A stretch of DNA of 64,000 nucleotides from Chlorobiota bacterium. GTDB taxonomy: Bacteria; Bacteroidota; Ignavibacteria; OLB7. The stretch covers positions 1,883,788 to 1,947,787 of the forward strand of contig CP065014.1 in assembly GCA_016700335.1 (NCBI GenBank), read 5' to 3'. Below the pieces are notes generated by a model. That model had not been told where the DNA came from and searched no databases. It was given only the letters and a program-made list of their open reading frames with translations. Shown in pieces: positions 49,091 through 60,595 of the stretch (its first letter is position 1; every line of letters starts with the position of its first letter). The position numbers were made by a program, and so were the translations under genes.

Positions 49091-50596
49091 ATGACAAAAA
49101 ATATTATGAGGTTTCTATTTCTTTTTTTTATACTATTCTCAGTTAATAAATTAAAGGCTGATGCAATAGATGATAACATTATGAAAGGTTTAGAATTACT
49201 ATACAATGTAAATTTCGACGAGGCTAAATCATACTTTGACAAATCTATTTCAATAGATCCAACAGATCCAAGGGGTTATCTTTTCAGCTCAAATGTTCAC
49301 CTTTGGAGTTACTTATTCGATAATAAAGATGAACAATTATCTTACTTCATAACATTAAATGATAAAACAATTTCTGTAGCTGAAAAAAGAATTAAAAATA
49401 ATCCAAATGATATTCGAAGTAAATTGATGTTAGGAATGGCTTATGGTTATAGAGCTATTGGAAACATTAGAGCTGAAAATTTTGTTGCAGGTGCTATGTC
49501 AGGAAGAACTTGTTACGATAAATTAATGGAGGTTGTTAAAGTTAACAATAAAGAATGGGATGCTTATTTGGGACTTGGGATTTTCCATTTTGCATTTGGT
49601 TCAATACCTCAAATTGGACAGTTTGTTACAGGACTTTCAGGTATAAAAGGAGATTCAAAATTAGGTCTTCAAGAAATATTAGTTACATCTGCAAGGGGAT
49701 ATTATTTCAAGCATGATGCCAAATTTATAAATGCTTTATTAGATATTTACTATAAGAATGAGAAATCTAAAGGGCTAGGAGTACTTCAAGATATGAATAT
49801 TAAATATCCTAAAAGTGTACCTTTATATTATGTGATTGGAACAGCTTACAGTGAGGCAGGGGAAGTACAAAAAGCTTTACCATATTTTGATAAGATAATA
49901 AAAGATAATAATAAAGATTTCAAAGTATTTACAGCATTGAGTTATGCAAGATCTGGCATGTCATATTTTTTGATGAATGATTTCTCTAAATCAAAAATTT
50001 ACTTGCAATCTTTTCTAAAAAATTATAACGAGAAATTATTCAAAACTCAAGTTTGGTCATACCTTGGTATTTGTTACGAAATTGAGGGGAATAGAGAAAA
50101 TGCATTAAAATCATATCAACGTGCAAAATCAACTTTTGGTAAAACTGGAGAAGATATTTCTTCAAAAATTAAAATAATGAAGTTAATTTCTAATCCTTTA
50201 GATGCAATTGATATTGATATTATAAAGGGATTAAATTTTATTCAAGTGGAAAATTTCAATGATGCTTTAACAATTTCAAAAAAATTATCTAATCAACAAA
50301 AACTGAAACCAGAACAAATCTCACAAATTAATTATATCTTAGGCTCAGCATATTTTGGATTGAAAAATTACAATATTGCAAATGATTTTTTTGCAAAGGC
50401 AATTGCTTCCTCTGTAAATAGTGAAGAAAAATGGGTACCTCCATTTTGTTATTTTTATATGAGTGAAGGGTTTAAAATATTAGGTGATTTAAAAAAATCA
50501 AAAGATTATTTACAGAGTGCTAGAAATTTTAAAAATTATGAGAATGAGCATTTGTTAAGATTTAAAATTGAAAGGAATATTACATTAATAGATTAA
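49091..50596 (+). CDS. Secreted TPR-repeat protein
   Basis: Signal peptide, then multiple TPR-like A..YF.KAI..DP repeats (e.g. FDEAKSYFDKSISIDPTDP, VQKALPYFDKIIKDN, ALKSYQRAKS). Confidence 0.6.
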   Translation: MTKNIMRFLFLFFILFSVNKLKADAIDDNIMKGLELLYNVNFDEAKSYFDKSISIDPTDPRGYLFSSNVHLWSYLFDNKDEQLSYFITLNDKTISVAEKRIKNNPNDIRSKLMLGMAYGYRAIGNIRAENFVAGAMSGRTCYDKLMEVVKVNNKEWDAYLGLGIFHFAFGSIPQIGQFVTGLSGIKGDSKLGLQEILVTSARGYYFKHDAKFINALLDIYYKNEKSKGLGVLQDMNIKYPKSVPLYYVIGTAYSEAGEVQKALPYFDKIIKDNNKDFKVFTALSYARSGMSYFLMNDFSKSKIYLQSFLKNYNEKLFKTQVWSYLGICYEIEGNRENALKSYQRAKSTFGKTGEDISSKIKIMKLISNPLDAIDIDIIKGLNFIQVENFNDALTISKKLSNQQKLKPEQISQINYILGSAYFGLKNYNIANDFFAKAIASSVNSEEKWVPPFCYFYMSEGFKILGDLKKSKDYLQSARNFKNYENEHLLRFKIERNITLID

Positions 50597-50679
50597 TTAT
50601 CAATCCCAAATTTAGTTAATTATTCAATTTTAATACTATAAATTGCAAGAAATTTAAAAGTTAATTTAGCAATTTATTT

Positions 50680-53184
50680 ATGTTAGTTGAAGTTGCTGTT
50701 CCAGTCCCATTATTCCAGACGTTTACTTACAAACTTCCAGAAGAATTTTTAATCTTAACACATATTGGTTGTAGAGTAATTGTACCATTTGGAAAAAGAA
50801 CATTTACAGGAATAATTATATCCTTTATTGAATCATCAAGTATACCCAAATTAAAATCAGTATTAGATGTATTAGATGAATCACCTGCAATTTCCCCAAG
50901 AATGATAAAATTTGCTAATTGGTTAAGTGAATATTACTTATCACCAATTGGTGAAACTTTGAAAACTATGTTACCTCAAGGAATGAGTAATGAATCTTCA
51001 CAGTTAATTCAATTAAACGATATAAATTATTATGATGTAATCCAAGAATTGAGGAAATCAGCTCCTAGGCAAAGCGCAATTATTACTGCATTAACAGATC
51101 ATAAAGAAGGAATACAATTATCATCACTCAGAAAAGCAGTTGGTTCAAATAATTTAACAACCCAACTTAAATCGTTAGAAGAGAAAGGATATATAAACAT
51201 AAGTAGTTTTACAAAAAAATTAATTAAACCTAAAACATGCCTAGCTATAAAATTAAATGATTCATTTTTATTAAATGAAGAAAAATTAAAAATTTTACTA
51301 AATGATTTAGACTTAAAAGCCCCTAAGCAAGCAGATATAATGCTTGCTTTGCTTTACCAACTAGATAAAAACAAAACTGAACATATTTTAGCAAGTAATA
51401 TTTTATCAATTACAAATGCTAGTGAGTCAGCATTAAAGGGCTTACTTAATAAGAAAGCAATTGAAATTTATGAAATTGAAATTTCTCGTGAAGATGTGAT
51501 TAGCTTAGATTCTTATGAAAATTTGAAAGTAAATTCATTACCTATAATTCCAAATTCAGAACAAAAAATTTTAATTGATGAAATCAATAATTCAATTGAT
51601 TCAGATATTTATAAATGTTTTCTATTACATGGTGTAACTGGTTCTGGTAAAACTATAGTTTACATTGAAGCAATAAAAAATTGTATTAAAAATAAAAAAA
51701 CTGCTTTAATGTTGGTTCCTGAAATAGCATTAACCATGCAATTAGTTGAAAGATTTACATTAATTTTTGGTAATAGAGTTGTGGTTATGCATTCAAGGAT
51801 GAGTGAAGGTGAAAGATATGATGGATGGAGAAGGGTAAATGAAAATGGATGTGATTTAGTTATAGGTGCAAGGTCTGCATTGTTTGCTCCATTAAAAAAT
51901 TTAGGCTTAATAATTGTTGATGAAGAGCATGAAAGCAGCTTCAAACAATATGATCAACAGCCAAGATATCAAGCACGAGATGCTGCTGTTGTACGAGGTT
52001 CAATTGAAGGAACAGTTGTTATACTTGGATCAGCAACTCCTTCAGTTGAATCTTACTTCAATGCATTAAATGGGAAGTATAAACTTATTGAGCTAAATCA
52101 AAGAGCAGATAAAGCTACTGAACCAAAAATGATAATTGTCGATATTGCAAAAGCTAGAAAAGAGAACAAAATGATAGGAGCTTTATCAGATAAATTGATT
52201 GAATTAATTAAACAAAAGAAAATTAAAAATGAGGGGGTTATTTTATTCCAAAATAGAAGGGGTTTTGCTACTAGAATTGAATGTTCTAATTGTTCACATT
52301 CTCCAATGTGCCCTAACTGTGCTGTAGCTTTAACATACCACAAAACAAAAGATGAACTACATTGTCATTATTGTAATTATCAAAGAATTGTTGAAAAAAG
52401 TTGTACTATTTGCGGAAGTAAAGATTTAAAACAACCAGGCGTTGGTACTCAAAAAGTGGAGGAAGAATTGTTAGAAAAAATTGCAGATATTAAAGTACTT
52501 AGAATGGATTTAGACACTACTTCTAAAAAAGGTTCACACAAAAAAATATTAGATGATTTTGCAATTGGAAATGCTGATGTTTTGTTAGGAACACAAATGG
52601 TAACTAAAGGATTAGATTTTAATAGAGTATCATTAGTTGGAGTTGTTTCAGCAGATTCATCTTTAATGATTCCAGACTTTCGTTCATCAGAAAGAACTTA
52701 TCAATTAATAACTCAAGTTGCTGGAAGAGCAGGAAGAAGAAGTGGTCTTGAAGCAGACGTAATTATACAAACATCTCAACCAGAAAATCCTGCAATACAA
52801 TCTAGCTTTACTAAAGACTATTTGTCTATGTTCCATTATGAAATACAAAATAGAAAAGAACTTAGATATCCTCCATTTTCAAGATTTATAGTTATAGAAA
52901 TTAGAAGTGAAGACAAAACTTTAGCAGAAGGTCATTCTGAAATTTTTAAAAAATTATTACCTTCAAAAGATTTAAGTATGGAAATTCTCGGTCCATCACC
53001 TGCTTTAATTTGGAAGTTAAGAAGTTTGTATAGATTTCAAATTATTGTAAAAAATATTAAAATAATAGATCCAAGCGGGAAAAAATTTATGAAAATCTTT
53101 ACATCAGCATATGATACTTATATGAAAAGATTTGCAAAAAAAGATGTTCAAATAATTATCGATGTTGATGCTCAGGGGATATAA
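50680..53184 (+). CDS. priA: Primosomal protein N' (replication restart helicase PriA)
   Basis: LVEVAVPVPLFQTFTYKLP, Walker A HGVTGSGKT, DEEH, and the Cys-rich Zn region CSNCSHSPMCPNCAVALTYH...CHYCNY...CTICGS. Confidence 0.95.
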   Translation: MLVEVAVPVPLFQTFTYKLPEEFLILTHIGCRVIVPFGKRTFTGIIISFIESSSIPKLKSVLDVLDESPAISPRMIKFANWLSEYYLSPIGETLKTMLPQGMSNESSQLIQLNDINYYDVIQELRKSAPRQSAIITALTDHKEGIQLSSLRKAVGSNNLTTQLKSLEEKGYINISSFTKKLIKPKTCLAIKLNDSFLLNEEKLKILLNDLDLKAPKQADIMLALLYQLDKNKTEHILASNILSITNASESALKGLLNKKAIEIYEIEISREDVISLDSYENLKVNSLPIIPNSEQKILIDEINNSIDSDIYKCFLLHGVTGSGKTIVYIEAIKNCIKNKKTALMLVPEIALTMQLVERFTLIFGNRVVVMHSRMSEGERYDGWRRVNENGCDLVIGARSALFAPLKNLGLIIVDEEHESSFKQYDQQPRYQARDAAVVRGSIEGTVVILGSATPSVESYFNALNGKYKLIELNQRADKATEPKMIIVDIAKARKENKMIGALSDKLIELIKQKKIKNEGVILFQNRRGFATRIECSNCSHSPMCPNCAVALTYHKTKDELHCHYCNYQRIVEKSCTICGSKDLKQPGVGTQKVEEELLEKIADIKVLRMDLDTTSKKGSHKKILDDFAIGNADVLLGTQMVTKGLDFNRVSLVGVVSADSSLMIPDFRSSERTYQLITQVAGRAGRRSGLEADVIIQTSQPENPAIQSSFTKDYLSMFHYEIQNRKELRYPPFSRFIVIEIRSEDKTLAEGHSEIFKKLLPSKDLSMEILGPSPALIWKLRSLYRFQIIVKNIKIIDPSGKKFMKIFTSAYDTYMKRFAKKDVQIIIDVDAQGI

Positions 53185-53217
53185 TTATTAAATAAAAAAG
53201 TAAATTAATTAAATGAT

Positions 53218-54918
53218 CTAAAGTTGTTTATCTATAAGTTCTTTTGCCATTTTAAGGCTTGTTTCAGTAATATTATCACTACTCATAATTCTTGCAACTT
53301 CAGTTATATGTTCAAGGTCAGATAATATTCTAACTGAAGTAATATTCCTTTCTTTCTTTGTTATTTTTTCAACAACATAATGATGATGCCCCATTGCAGC
53401 AATTTGAGCTAGATGTGTTATAGCAATAATTTGATGGAAATCTGCCAAGTTTTTCATTGCATTTCCTACCTTAGAAGCAATTCTACCAGAAATTCCAGTA
53501 TCTATTTCATCAAAAACAAGTAAAGGTAATTTATTGTTTTTTGCTAAAATTGTTTTCAATGCAAGCATGACTCTGCTAATTTCACCTCCAGAAGCAACTT
53601 TAACCAATGGCTTTGGTTCTTCTCCTTTATTAGTTGAAATAAAGAACTCAATGTTGTCTATCCCTTTTTCATTTGCTTTGAATTCTATATTATCACTCAA
53701 AACAGTTGATTCAGAATTATTTATCAATAATATATCAACAATAAATTTACTTTTTTCTATGCCAAGTTGAGATAAAGTTTTCTCAATAGATTTTTCAATT
53801 TTTCTAGCAGTCTCTTTTCTTTTTTGAGATAATCTTAATGCGAATTCTCCAGCAATTTTTTTGAGTGAAAATATTTCATTTTTTATTTTAACTATTTCTA
53901 AATCAAAATTATTAGATAACTCAATCTCTGACTCAACTTTATTTTTGTATGCTAATACACTTTCTAAAGTTCCTCCAAATCTTTTTCTTAATGAGTTTAT
54001 CTGCGATAATCTTTCTCTTCTGTTTTCTAATCGTTCAGAACTATAATCTATCTTTGATGAATAACTTTGCAAAAATTTCATTATCTCATCTATAATTGCA
54101 ACTGAATTCACAATTTCATCTCTTTGTTCTTGAAATACAGGATCTATAATTAAAAGTTGATCAAGAATATTCCTAGCTCTTAAAATGCGGTCTCTGGCAG
54201 AATTTTCATCTTCATACAATGAATAATTAATACTATTTATTGAGCTAACAATTCTTTCAGAATTTTCCAAAATCAATAGCTCTTGTTTTATTATCTCATC
54301 TTCATTTGGGTCTGGAGAAACTTCATTAATTTGATCTAAATGATATCTGTACAAATCTTGTTTTTCTCTTAATTGAACTTCTCTATTTAAAATTGTTGAA
54401 AGTTCTTTAAGTTTAAAATTGAGTTTTTGGTAAGAAGTTTTATAATCAAATAATATTTTTTCAAGTCCACCAGCATTATCTAGCATATCAATATGAGTCT
54501 CATTGTCTAGTAGCATTTGATGATCATGTTGACCATGCAAATCAACTAAATTAACACCTAATTCTTTCAATATATTCAAAGGTACTGGAGAGTCATTTAT
54601 AAAAGCTCTAGAAGTACCTTTCAAAGTAAGTTCTCTTCTTATAATAAGTTCTTCTCCGTTTGCATATTCATGCTTAATTAGTACAGAATGTGCAGGTTCA
54701 TTATGTTCAATAGTAAACTTACCTTCTATAATTGCTTTTTCACAACCAGTACGAATTGATTCTTGATTAGATCTTTCTCCAAGCAGCAAACCTAAAGCAC
54801 CAATTAGAATTGATTTACCTGCTCCTGTTTCTCCAGTTAAAACATTAAATCCACTTTTAAAATTAATTGTTAATTCTTCAATTAATGCGAAGTTATTTAT
54901 GTATAAAGATTGTAGCAA
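53218..54918 (-). CDS. recN: DNA repair protein RecN
   Basis: LQSLYINNFALIEELTINFKSGFNVLTGETGAGKSI, a long coiled coil, and C-terminal SGGEISRVMLALK..LLVFDEIDTGISG. TTG start. Confidence 0.95.
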   Translation of the reverse strand: MLQSLYINNFALIEELTINFKSGFNVLTGETGAGKSILIGALGLLLGERSNQESIRTGCEKAIIEGKFTIEHNEPAHSVLIKHEYANGEELIIRRELTLKGTSRAFINDSPVPLNILKELGVNLVDLHGQHDHQMLLDNETHIDMLDNAGGLEKILFDYKTSYQKLNFKLKELSTILNREVQLREKQDLYRYHLDQINEVSPDPNEDEIIKQELLILENSERIVSSINSINYSLYEDENSARDRILRARNILDQLLIIDPVFQEQRDEIVNSVAIIDEIMKFLQSYSSKIDYSSERLENRRERLSQINSLRKRFGGTLESVLAYKNKVESEIELSNNFDLEIVKIKNEIFSLKKIAGEFALRLSQKRKETARKIEKSIEKTLSQLGIEKSKFIVDILLINNSESTVLSDNIEFKANEKGIDNIEFFISTNKGEEPKPLVKVASGGEISRVMLALKTILAKNNKLPLLVFDEIDTGISGRIASKVGNAMKNLADFHQIIAITHLAQIAAMGHHHYVVEKITKKERNITSVRILSDLEHITEVARIMSSDNITETSLKMAKELIDKQL

Positions 54919-54983
54919 TGTGTTTTTTTTTTGTAATTATTAAGTACTGATTTATTATTACTATTCTGCAAATTTTACAAATT

Positions 54984-55703
54984 TTATTTCAAAGATTTTT
55001 TTGCTGATTCTAAAATTTGACTAACCCAAATTGCATATAGTTTTGGCGAAGGATGCAAACCGTCAGTTGTAACCATTGATGGGTCATTGCCATATTTTCT
55101 AGATATTTCTGTAATATCTACATATCTAACTTTATATTCTTCTGAAACAGATTTATTAACCTTATTGTATTCATCAATTTCCCTTGCAATTAATGCTCTA
55201 TCTCGTCCTTCAGCAAATGGTGTAACTCCCCAATCTGGTATTGAAATTACTATAACTCTTTTAGGATTACCTTGTGCATATGCAATAGAACGCTTTAGAA
55301 GGATAGTAAATTGTTCTCTATAATCTTCAATTTGATAATTCCTATATTGATTATTTACTCCAATTAGTAAAGTTACTAATGAATAATCTATAGGTGGAGC
55401 AGTAGCATCAATTGCTAATTGCAATTCATCAGTTGTCCAACCAGTTTTAGCAATTACTTCTGGATCATTTACATTTACACCATACTTTCGTAATGAATCT
55501 GATAACTGCATAGGGAATCTTAAATCTTCTGGAACTCCTTCCCCAATTGTGTATGAGTCTCCTAGTGCTAAATATTTCATTAGATTTACTGAATAATCAA
55601 GTGGTTTTTTCTTTAAGGTATAACAATTAAAAGATAAAAATACTACAGATAAAACTATAGCTCGAACAATAATATTTTTAATTAATATTTTATTTAATTT
55701 CAT
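54984..55703 (-). CDS. SGNH/GDSL-family hydrolase (secreted or lipoprotein)
   Basis: Block I ALGDSYTIGEG, GVNN, and the C-terminal D..HP block (TDGLHPS). Confidence 0.75.
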   Translation of the reverse strand: MKLNKILIKNIIVRAIVLSVVFLSFNCYTLKKKPLDYSVNLMKYLALGDSYTIGEGVPEDLRFPMQLSDSLRKYGVNVNDPEVIAKTGWTTDELQLAIDATAPPIDYSLVTLLIGVNNQYRNYQIEDYREQFTILLKRSIAYAQGNPKRVIVISIPDWGVTPFAEGRDRALIAREIDEYNKVNKSVSEEYKVRYVDITEISRKYGNDPSMVTTDGLHPSPKLYAIWVSQILESAKKSLK

Positions 55704-55800
55704 TTAAAATTTATTTGAACTTAAAAATAAAAACAATAATTCAACTGATTATATTTGTTTATCAAAAATGATAATTAAATTTGTAATATAAATTTTAAAA

Positions 55801-56811
55801 ATGAGTTATAAAAAATCAGTATTATGTTTTTTCCACTTCCCTTGTCCTGATGGTGCAACTGCTGCAGTGGCTTTGAAGCATAGATTAATTGAATCAAATT
55901 ACTTAAATAATGACTTCCAATTTTCATTTTGTCCAATAACACATTATGGATCTTGGGATGATTTACTCCCAATCAATTATGTTGAAAAAAATATTGAACC
56001 AAAATATGAGGTTCATGAAATTTTTATTGTAGATATTTGTTTATCAGAAGTTAAACTAAATCAAATTATTAATCAATTAAGATATGAAAGAAAAATTACA
56101 ACTAAAGATAATCCACCTGTAATTTGTATTGATCATCATAAAACTGCTTTAGAAAAAATTAATGAAATTAGTTTATATTGCAATGAAGTTTTCATTAAAA
56201 TTGCTCCAGGAATGAGTGGTGCTACTTTAGTTTGGGAATATTGCAATATTAGATTTAATGAAGATAAAGATATTCCTTTAATGTTAAAATATGTTGCTGA
56301 TCAAGATTTATGGGAATGGGAACTTGAAAATTCAAAAGAAGTAAATGCAACTATTAATTTAAATGAAGATAGAGTTGAAGGTATAGAAAATGAATTTATA
56401 GAATCAATTAATAATTCTCAAATTTGGCTAGAAAATTCTACTTTAAAAGGTATCGGAATTAGTGCAATGATTGATTCACAAACAAGAAAAACATTATCTC
56501 ATACTAAAAGAATTAATTATTTGGATACTCATTTATTAATTACAAACGCAACTTCTTTTGCCTCAGAAACTGGTAATTTATTATGTGAAGAGTTTAACAA
56601 AAAACCAAATTGTGTTGCTGTTATATATACAATTTTAGATTCTGGAAGTGTTAGGTGTTCATTTAGATCCATTAGTGGTGGAAATAAGTCTGCAAGAGAA
56701 ATTGCAGAAATGTTTGGCGGTGGAGGACATGAAAATGCTGCTGGATGTAGATTCAATTCATTTTTAGATTTTGCAAAAGCATTTAATTTAATTGAATACT
56801 ATAACAATTAA
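55801..56811 (+). CDS. DHH/DHHA1-family phosphoesterase
   Basis: FHFPCPDGATAA (motif I-like), IDHHKT (DHH motif) and DHHA1 GGGGHENAAGCRF. Confidence 0.7.
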   Translation: MSYKKSVLCFFHFPCPDGATAAVALKHRLIESNYLNNDFQFSFCPITHYGSWDDLLPINYVEKNIEPKYEVHEIFIVDICLSEVKLNQIINQLRYERKITTKDNPPVICIDHHKTALEKINEISLYCNEVFIKIAPGMSGATLVWEYCNIRFNEDKDIPLMLKYVADQDLWEWELENSKEVNATINLNEDRVEGIENEFIESINNSQIWLENSTLKGIGISAMIDSQTRKTLSHTKRINYLDTHLLITNATSFASETGNLLCEEFNKKPNCVAVIYTILDSGSVRCSFRSISGGNKSAREIAEMFGGGGHENAAGCRFNSFLDFAKAFNLIEYYNN

Positions 56812-56856
56812 AGATATTTATTTGTAACCAAATTTTTTAAATAATTTAAAAATCAG

Positions 56857-58140
56857 ATGATTCTTTTCAAAAATATAAGATTAATTAGTCCAATTCAAAA
56901 TTTAGACAGAAGAACTGATATATTAATAGTTGATGGTATTATTTCTAAAATTGAAGATAATATTATACCTGAAGTGAATTCTGAAAGTTTTGACGGTTCA
57001 AAATGGATTTGTTCAGTTGGGCTTTACGACATGCATGTGCATCTAAGAGAACCAGGTGGAACACACAAGGAGACAATTGAGACTGGATGTTCAGCTGCAT
57101 CTAACGGTGGCTTTACTGGTGTTTGTTGTATGCCAAATACTAACCCAACTATTGATTCAGTTGAAGTTGTACATTCTATTCAATTTAAATCTCAGAACTT
57201 ACCTGTTGATGTACATTGTTCAGCTGCTATTACTAAAAATAGAAAAGGAGAAGAATTATCCAATATTGGTTCTTTGTATGAATCTGGAGTAAGATTGTTT
57301 ACAGACGATGGTGATTGTCTAAAGTCTCCAGAAGTTATGAGGCGAGCCTTCGAATACTTATCTATGTTTGAAGGAGCAACTTTGAGCCAACATTGCGAAG
57401 AAAACAGTATGACGAAAAATTCAATTATGAATGAAGGGTTCAATTCAACTAAACAAGGTTACAAAGGTTACCCATCTGTTGCTGAAGAGATTATTGTAAA
57501 TAGAGATATTCAAATTTCATCTTTCTGTGATAACGGTAGATATCATGTTCAACATTTAAGTACAAAAGGAACTGTAGATATTGTAAGGAAAGCAAAAGCA
57601 AGTGGAGTTAAAAATGTTACTTGTGAAGTTACACCTCATCATTTTGTATTAACTGATGATGCTATTGAGTTGTATGGATCTAATGCTAAAATGAATCCTC
57701 CGTTAAGGTTACAATCAGATATTGATGAAGTTATTAATGGTTTAATAGATGGGACTATAGATGTAATTGCTACAGACCATGCACCACATTCTTTTCAAGA
57801 AAAGGAGCAAGAAATTAATCAAACACCGAATGGTATTATTGGGCTAGAAACTTCCTTGGGATTAACTCTTACATATCTTGTAAATAAGAATCATATTTCA
57901 GTTAATAAAATGATTGAGTTAATGTCTATTAATCCACGAAAAATAATGGGTTTAAAAGATATAAAAATTGATGTTGGTGAGGTAGCTAATTTATCAATTT
58001 TTGATCCTATTGAAAATTGGATTGTTGATTCTAAGAAATTTAAAACTAAATCTTTGAACACCCCATTCAATTCATTTGCTCTTAGTGGAAAACCAATTTG
58101 TATTATTAATAAAAGTAAAATTGTTTGGTCTGAATTATAA
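56857..58140 (+). CDS. pyrC: Dihydroorotase
   Basis: DMHVHLREPG, HVQHLST and ATDHAPH. Confidence 0.9.
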   Translation: MILFKNIRLISPIQNLDRRTDILIVDGIISKIEDNIIPEVNSESFDGSKWICSVGLYDMHVHLREPGGTHKETIETGCSAASNGGFTGVCCMPNTNPTIDSVEVVHSIQFKSQNLPVDVHCSAAITKNRKGEELSNIGSLYESGVRLFTDDGDCLKSPEVMRRAFEYLSMFEGATLSQHCEENSMTKNSIMNEGFNSTKQGYKGYPSVAEEIIVNRDIQISSFCDNGRYHVQHLSTKGTVDIVRKAKASGVKNVTCEVTPHHFVLTDDAIELYGSNAKMNPPLRLQSDIDEVINGLIDGTIDVIATDHAPHSFQEKEQEINQTPNGIIGLETSLGLTLTYLVNKNHISVNKMIELMSINPRKIMGLKDIKIDVGEVANLSIFDPIENWIVDSKKFKTKSLNTPFNSFALSGKPICIINKSKIVWSEL

Positions 58141-58180
58141 AAAAATCTCCTCAAATATTTTATAGAAGAGATTTTTTTAG
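58141..58180. terminator. Hairpin terminator between convergent pyrC and the OMP gene
   Basis: aaaa-ATCTCCTC...GAAGAGAT-tttttt (7/8 bp paired), flanked by an A-run and a T-run. Confidence 0.55.
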
Positions 58181-58192
58181 ATTGAATTAATT

Positions 58193-58720
58193 TTATTTAA
58201 AATACATTTGTAAACTTATTTCTGGTAATGGGAGAATTTGTGAAGTAGATGGGAAATATGTAATAGGTAAGGCAAAAGAAGTTGCAAATCTTTTGTTTAA
58301 AAACCATTCATAACCAATCCCCAAACCAATTCTAAATGGATTTGCAATTCTATTACCTGGGTACCCTACTTCATCTGTTGTTGAATTAAAATATGCTAAT
58401 CCTAAAGTTGCATAATATCTACTATCCTTTTCTCTTATAAAAGAATATTGTCCTTCAGCTCCAAAATTGAAATGAGTCCAATCTCCTAAAGTTATTGCAA
58501 AAACACTTGCTCCAATAACAAATCCTTTTTCAGATACAAATCTTCCAGTTAATCCAGTTCCTGACGTTAAGCCAAGTCTAACACCTGCACCAAAGTAATT
58601 TCCTCTATAGTAAAAATCATCTGAAGAATCAGCCTTTGATACATTATTTAAATTTGTTTGTGATAGTAAAAAAGATTCAGAAGTCAATAGGATTATAATT
58701 GTTAGAATTACTTTATTCAT
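58193..58720 (-). CDS. Small outer-membrane beta-barrel protein (OmpW/OmpA-barrel-like)
   Basis: Signal peptide, alternating-hydrophobicity beta-strands, aromatic C-terminal residue pattern (...ISLQMYFK). Confidence 0.55.
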   Translation of the reverse strand: MNKVILTIIILLTSESFLLSQTNLNNVSKADSSDDFYYRGNYFGAGVRLGLTSGTGLTGRFVSEKGFVIGASVFAITLGDWTHFNFGAEGQYSFIREKDSRYYATLGLAYFNSTTDEVGYPGNRIANPFRIGLGIGYEWFLNKRFATSFALPITYFPSTSQILPLPEISLQMYFK

Positions 58721-58780
58721 TGTTTATTTATATTTAAATAGATTTAATGATTTTTAATTAGATTACTTGTATAAATTAAC

Positions 58781-59473
58781 TTATTTATTGTACATTTTAG
58801 AAATATCATTTCTTAGTGTTTCTCCAATTTTTTTCCCAACCTCTATCCCAGTCATATCAATTATCTTACTTAAATCTTCATCTTTCATTGAATTAAGTTT
58901 TACTGCATTCATTACACTTGTTCCAGTTTTTACAACATTTGGAGCTACAATTGCTAACCAAGTATCTGAAATTGTAAAGCTATGAGTTTCATCATCTTCC
59001 CAAACAATTGCACCTGTTGACCTATGAATTATCCTAGAATTCCCACATGCATTTGCCGACAAGCCATATTCATTTGATATAATTTGGTACTTTGTTAATT
59101 TTGTTTCAACAATATATTCAGGGTTTTCAGACATGTCTTTTACAGGCTTAATATTTAAATAATCTATCATTGCGAATTTCATACCTTGTGATATAAACAT
59201 TGCAATCGAATCAGGATTAACCACTCTATTTAATTTTTTTTGTGCAAGTTCAGATGCAACTCCGCTTCCAACTGCTGATACAATTTCTACTATTACATTT
59301 TTTGATGGACTCGAAACAGAAGAGTAAGCTGACCCGCCTTCTTTTGCTGAAACTCTAAATATAACCGGAGCTCCAGCTATCTTATATTTTGATAAATTAT
59401 TTGTATGGCTGCAAGAAGTTAATATAATAGTAGAGAATACAAATACAAACAAACCTAAAATTCTTTTTGACAT
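58781..59473 (-). CDS. Hypothetical lipoprotein
   Basis: Lipobox-like ILTSC after a hydrophobic signal sequence. I recognise no family. Confidence 0.5.
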   Translation of the reverse strand: MSKRILGLFVFVFSTIILTSCSHTNNLSKYKIAGAPVIFRVSAKEGGSAYSSVSSPSKNVIVEIVSAVGSGVASELAQKKLNRVVNPDSIAMFISQGMKFAMIDYLNIKPVKDMSENPEYIVETKLTKYQIISNEYGLSANACGNSRIIHRSTGAIVWEDDETHSFTISDTWLAIVAPNVVKTGTSVMNAVKLNSMKDEDLSKIIDMTGIEVGKKIGETLRNDISKMYNK

Positions 59474-59567
59474 ATTTAATAATGAATGATTGTTTAGAAT
59501 AGAAATTAATCAAGATAATTACAATAGTAATTTATTTTCTATTTTGGTTTAAAATTATTTTTAGAAA

Positions 59568-60572
59568 TTAAACCCAAATTTCTTTTTTTGATGACCTAGT
59601 CATTAATTCATAAATTGCTTTTTTAGGGTCTTTATCTTTAAATAATATTTCATAAACTTGATTTGTGATTGGTAGTTCTACTTTATTTTTTTTAGCATAC
59701 TTAAAAGCAGATTCTGTAGTTGCAATTCCTTCAGCTATCATATTCATTTCTTGAATAATCTGAGATAGTTTTTTACCTTTTCCTATTTGCTCTCCAACAA
59801 ATCTATTTCTACTATGTTTACTTGTGCAAGTTACAACTAAATCACCCATACCAGCTAAGCCACTAAAAGTATGAGCTTCTGCACCTAAACTTATTCCTAA
59901 TCTTGTTATCTCAGCTAAACCACGGGTTATCAAAGCTGCTTTAGTATTATCACCATAGCCTACTCCATCAATTATACCAGCACAAACTGCAATAACATTT
60001 TTTAATGCTCCACCTAATTCAACTCCAATCAAATCATGACTTTCATAAACCCTTAGGTTTTCATTTGAAAATAATCTTACAATTTTTTTTGCAATATCTT
60101 CATTCAAACTTGCAGAAACTAGAGTTGTAGGAATTCCTCGACTCATTTCTTCAGCGTGACTAGGACCTGATAAACAAATAAAATTATTAATATCTATCTG
60201 ATGAGTTTGTACAAAAATTTCAGATATTCTTAAAAGTGATTCAACTTCAATTCCTTTAGAAGCACTTATCAAAATCTTATTTTTAAACAAATCATCTGGA
60301 ACATTTGAAAGTGTTGATCTTATAAATTGAGTAGGAATTGCACAAAGAATTATTTTACAATTTAAGGCATAAATCAAATTACCAGTAACATTTAGTTTTT
60401 CTGGGAACTTAACTCCAGGTAAATATTTTTTATTTTCCCTATCATCATTCATTAATTCAATCTGATCTTTACTTCTTGACCAAAGGAATGTATCAATATC
60501 TTTATTAGCCAAATGAATTGCTAAAGCTGTTCCCCAACTACCATTTCCTATAACACCAACTGTTGTTTTCAA
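59568..60572 (-). CDS. gpsA: NAD(P)H-dependent glycerol-3-phosphate dehydrogenase
   Basis: VGVIGNGSWGTALAIHLA, GPSHAEE and GALKNVIA. Confidence 0.95.
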   Translation of the reverse strand: MKTTVGVIGNGSWGTALAIHLANKDIDTFLWSRSKDQIELMNDDRENKKYLPGVKFPEKLNVTGNLIYALNCKIILCAIPTQFIRSTLSNVPDDLFKNKILISASKGIEVESLLRISEIFVQTHQIDINNFICLSGPSHAEEMSRGIPTTLVSASLNEDIAKKIVRLFSNENLRVYESHDLIGVELGGALKNVIAVCAGIIDGVGYGDNTKAALITRGLAEITRLGISLGAEAHTFSGLAGMGDLVVTCTSKHSRNRFVGEQIGKGKKLSQIIQEMNMIAEGIATTESAFKYAKKNKVELPITNQVYEILFKDKDPKKAIYELMTRSSKKEIWV

Positions 60573-60595
60573 ACTAAATTTAAAATTAATAATAA